A DNA stretch of 64,000 bases from an uncultured delta proteobacterium (GTDB lineage Bacteria; Myxococcota_A; Polyangia; Polyangiales; Polyangiaceae): assembly GCA_963806225.1 (NCBI GenBank), contig CAWDXG010000003.1:271723-335722 (forward strand), read 5' to 3'. The notes beneath the pieces were generated by a model that was given only the letters and a program-made list of their open reading frames with translations, was not told where the DNA came from and searched no databases. Within the stretch, counting starts at the first letter, position 1. The number at the start of each line of letters is the position of its first letter. The translations under genes and the position numbers were made by a program. Below are positions 62,601-64,000 of this stretch, piece after piece.

Positions 62601-62735
62601 CAGGCCGGGCCGCCACATTGCAGACTGGAGCCCCGCACCCCGGTTTCCAAGCCGCGCTGCTTCCGGCATAGTCCCGCCGCGCCCTGCCACAGGAACCGCC
62701 AAAATGTACAGCGCACTGACTCGTAGAGGCAGAAC

Positions 62736-63726
62736 GTGACGCCCCAGACAGTGCTCGTCACCGGCGGAGCAGGCTACGTCGGGAGCCAGGCGAGCGGATG
62801 CGCTACTCCGGGCCGGTCATCGGGGTCGTCGTACTCGACAACCTGTTGACGGGCCACCGCGCTGCCGTACCGCACGGGGCGCGCTTCGTTGAGCTAGACC
62901 TCGCCGATACCGCAGGCGTCGAGTCACTCTTTCGAAGAGGAGCGATTCGACGCCATCATGCACTTTGCGGCGCGGTCGCTGGTGCCAGGAGTCCATGCGC
63001 GAACCGTTCCTCTATCTCGGCGATAACGTCACGAACGCAATGCTCTGCTGGCTGCCGCCGTCCAACACGGTGTAGGCAAGGTTCGTTCTCTCCTCGACCG
63101 CGAATATCTTCGGTGGACCCAACCGCATGCCCATTGACGAGAGGCGAGCCACTCCTCCCGGGCAGCCCATACGGTGAATCGAAACTCATCATCGAACGCA
63201 TGCTGCACTGGTGCGAGCGCATCCACGGGCTGTCATTTGCCACCCTCCGCTACTTCAACGCCGCCGGCGCAGATCCGGGCGGCGCCTCGGCGAGGATCAC
63301 CCGCCCGAGACGCACCTCATCCCGATCGTTTCGAGGTCGCGTGGGCCGCGTCCCGCGTGAACATGTTCGGTGATGACTACGAGACGCCCGACGGGACGGC
63401 CGTGCGAGACTACGTGCACATGGAAGATCTGGCCTCGGCCCATGTGCGGGCGCTCGGTGCGGAGGCTCGTCCACCCTGAAGCTCAACCTCGGAAGCGGAA
63501 AGGGCTACTCGGTGCTCGAGGTAATAGAGACGGCACGCAGGATCACAGGTCATCCATCCCCATCGTGCGCGGCCAGCGCCGTCCAGGCGATCCCGCGACG
63601 CTGGTAGCTAGCCCGGAGCGCGCCCGCGGTAAGCTCGGCTGGAAGACCGAGTACAGCGACCTGGAGACCATCATCGACACCGCCTGGCGATGGCATCGCG
63701 CCCATCCGCGGGGCTACGCTGAGTAG
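62736..63726 (+). CDS. galE: UDP-glucose 4-epimerase; multiple frameshifts
   Basis: [66 protein letters not shown]. Confidence 0.88.
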
Positions 63727-64000
63727 CGCGCGCTGCAAGCTCCGCCGCCTCCATCGGCCGTGGGCCCGAGGATGGGCATGAGCCCGTCATGCGCGGCTCG
63801 CTGCGCTCAAGACTAAAGAACTCGTTGAACGCCCGAAGCTCGTCGGCAAGTTCGACGGGCGTGCCGAACAGAGCCTGGACACGCGATCCGGTTCTGACCT
63901 TGGAATCCCGGTGCCTCACATGCTGGTCCGCGAACAAGAATTCCAGGTCGGGATGCAGGGCCCTGATTGCATCAACGAGTTCGCCGATGGCTACGGTTTA
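63671..64000 (-). CDS. 3' end of a gene running off the window, possibly an NAD-dependent epimerase
   Basis: Open frame [25 protein letters not shown]...; family assignment is weak. Confidence 0.35.

Overview
This is a very GC-rich bacterial window. It is probably Myxococcota (Polyangiaceae-like), inferred from the Gly-rich lipoproteins, tandem Ser/Thr kinases and PEGA/TPR protein. The first 23.5 kb carries housekeeping, thiamine, polysaccharide and chemotaxis genes (ileS 5' end, thiE-like, thiG, MFS, deacetylase, DegT, WbpD-like, CheR/CheW, MlaF-like) plus a REP-associated HUH tyrosine transposase (RAYT). Positions 23.5-36.7 kb look like an island (XPB-like helicase + DUF790/Bax1, two kinases, PEGA, two near-identical Gly-rich lipoproteins), bounded by a duplicated mlaF 3' end. 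Positions 37.9-57 kb form an accessory tract of toxin-antitoxin genes (several decayed), Uma2, SWIM-SNF2, AAA-DUF4143, a HerA-like ATPase and a complete IIC-like group II intron. Positions 57.6-64 kb hold frameshift-riddled genes, probably sequencing errors. The most striking structure is non-coding. (1) About ten tandem arrays (~7 kb) of a 51-bp unit come in three sequence families that keep the same geometry, ATG-N13-CAT/10 bp/12 bp/10 bp; two arrays bracket the RAYT. (2) A dispersed ~110-150-bp multi-hairpin element (~14 full or partial copies) caps arrays and punctuates the accessory genes, and it is the exact insertion site of the intron (an empty copy lies 2 kb away). (3) Many diverged duplicated gene-end fragments are scattered through the window. 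A RAYT-driven repeat/cassette system is a hypothesis, not demonstrated. No CRISPR, tRNA or rRNA was seen.
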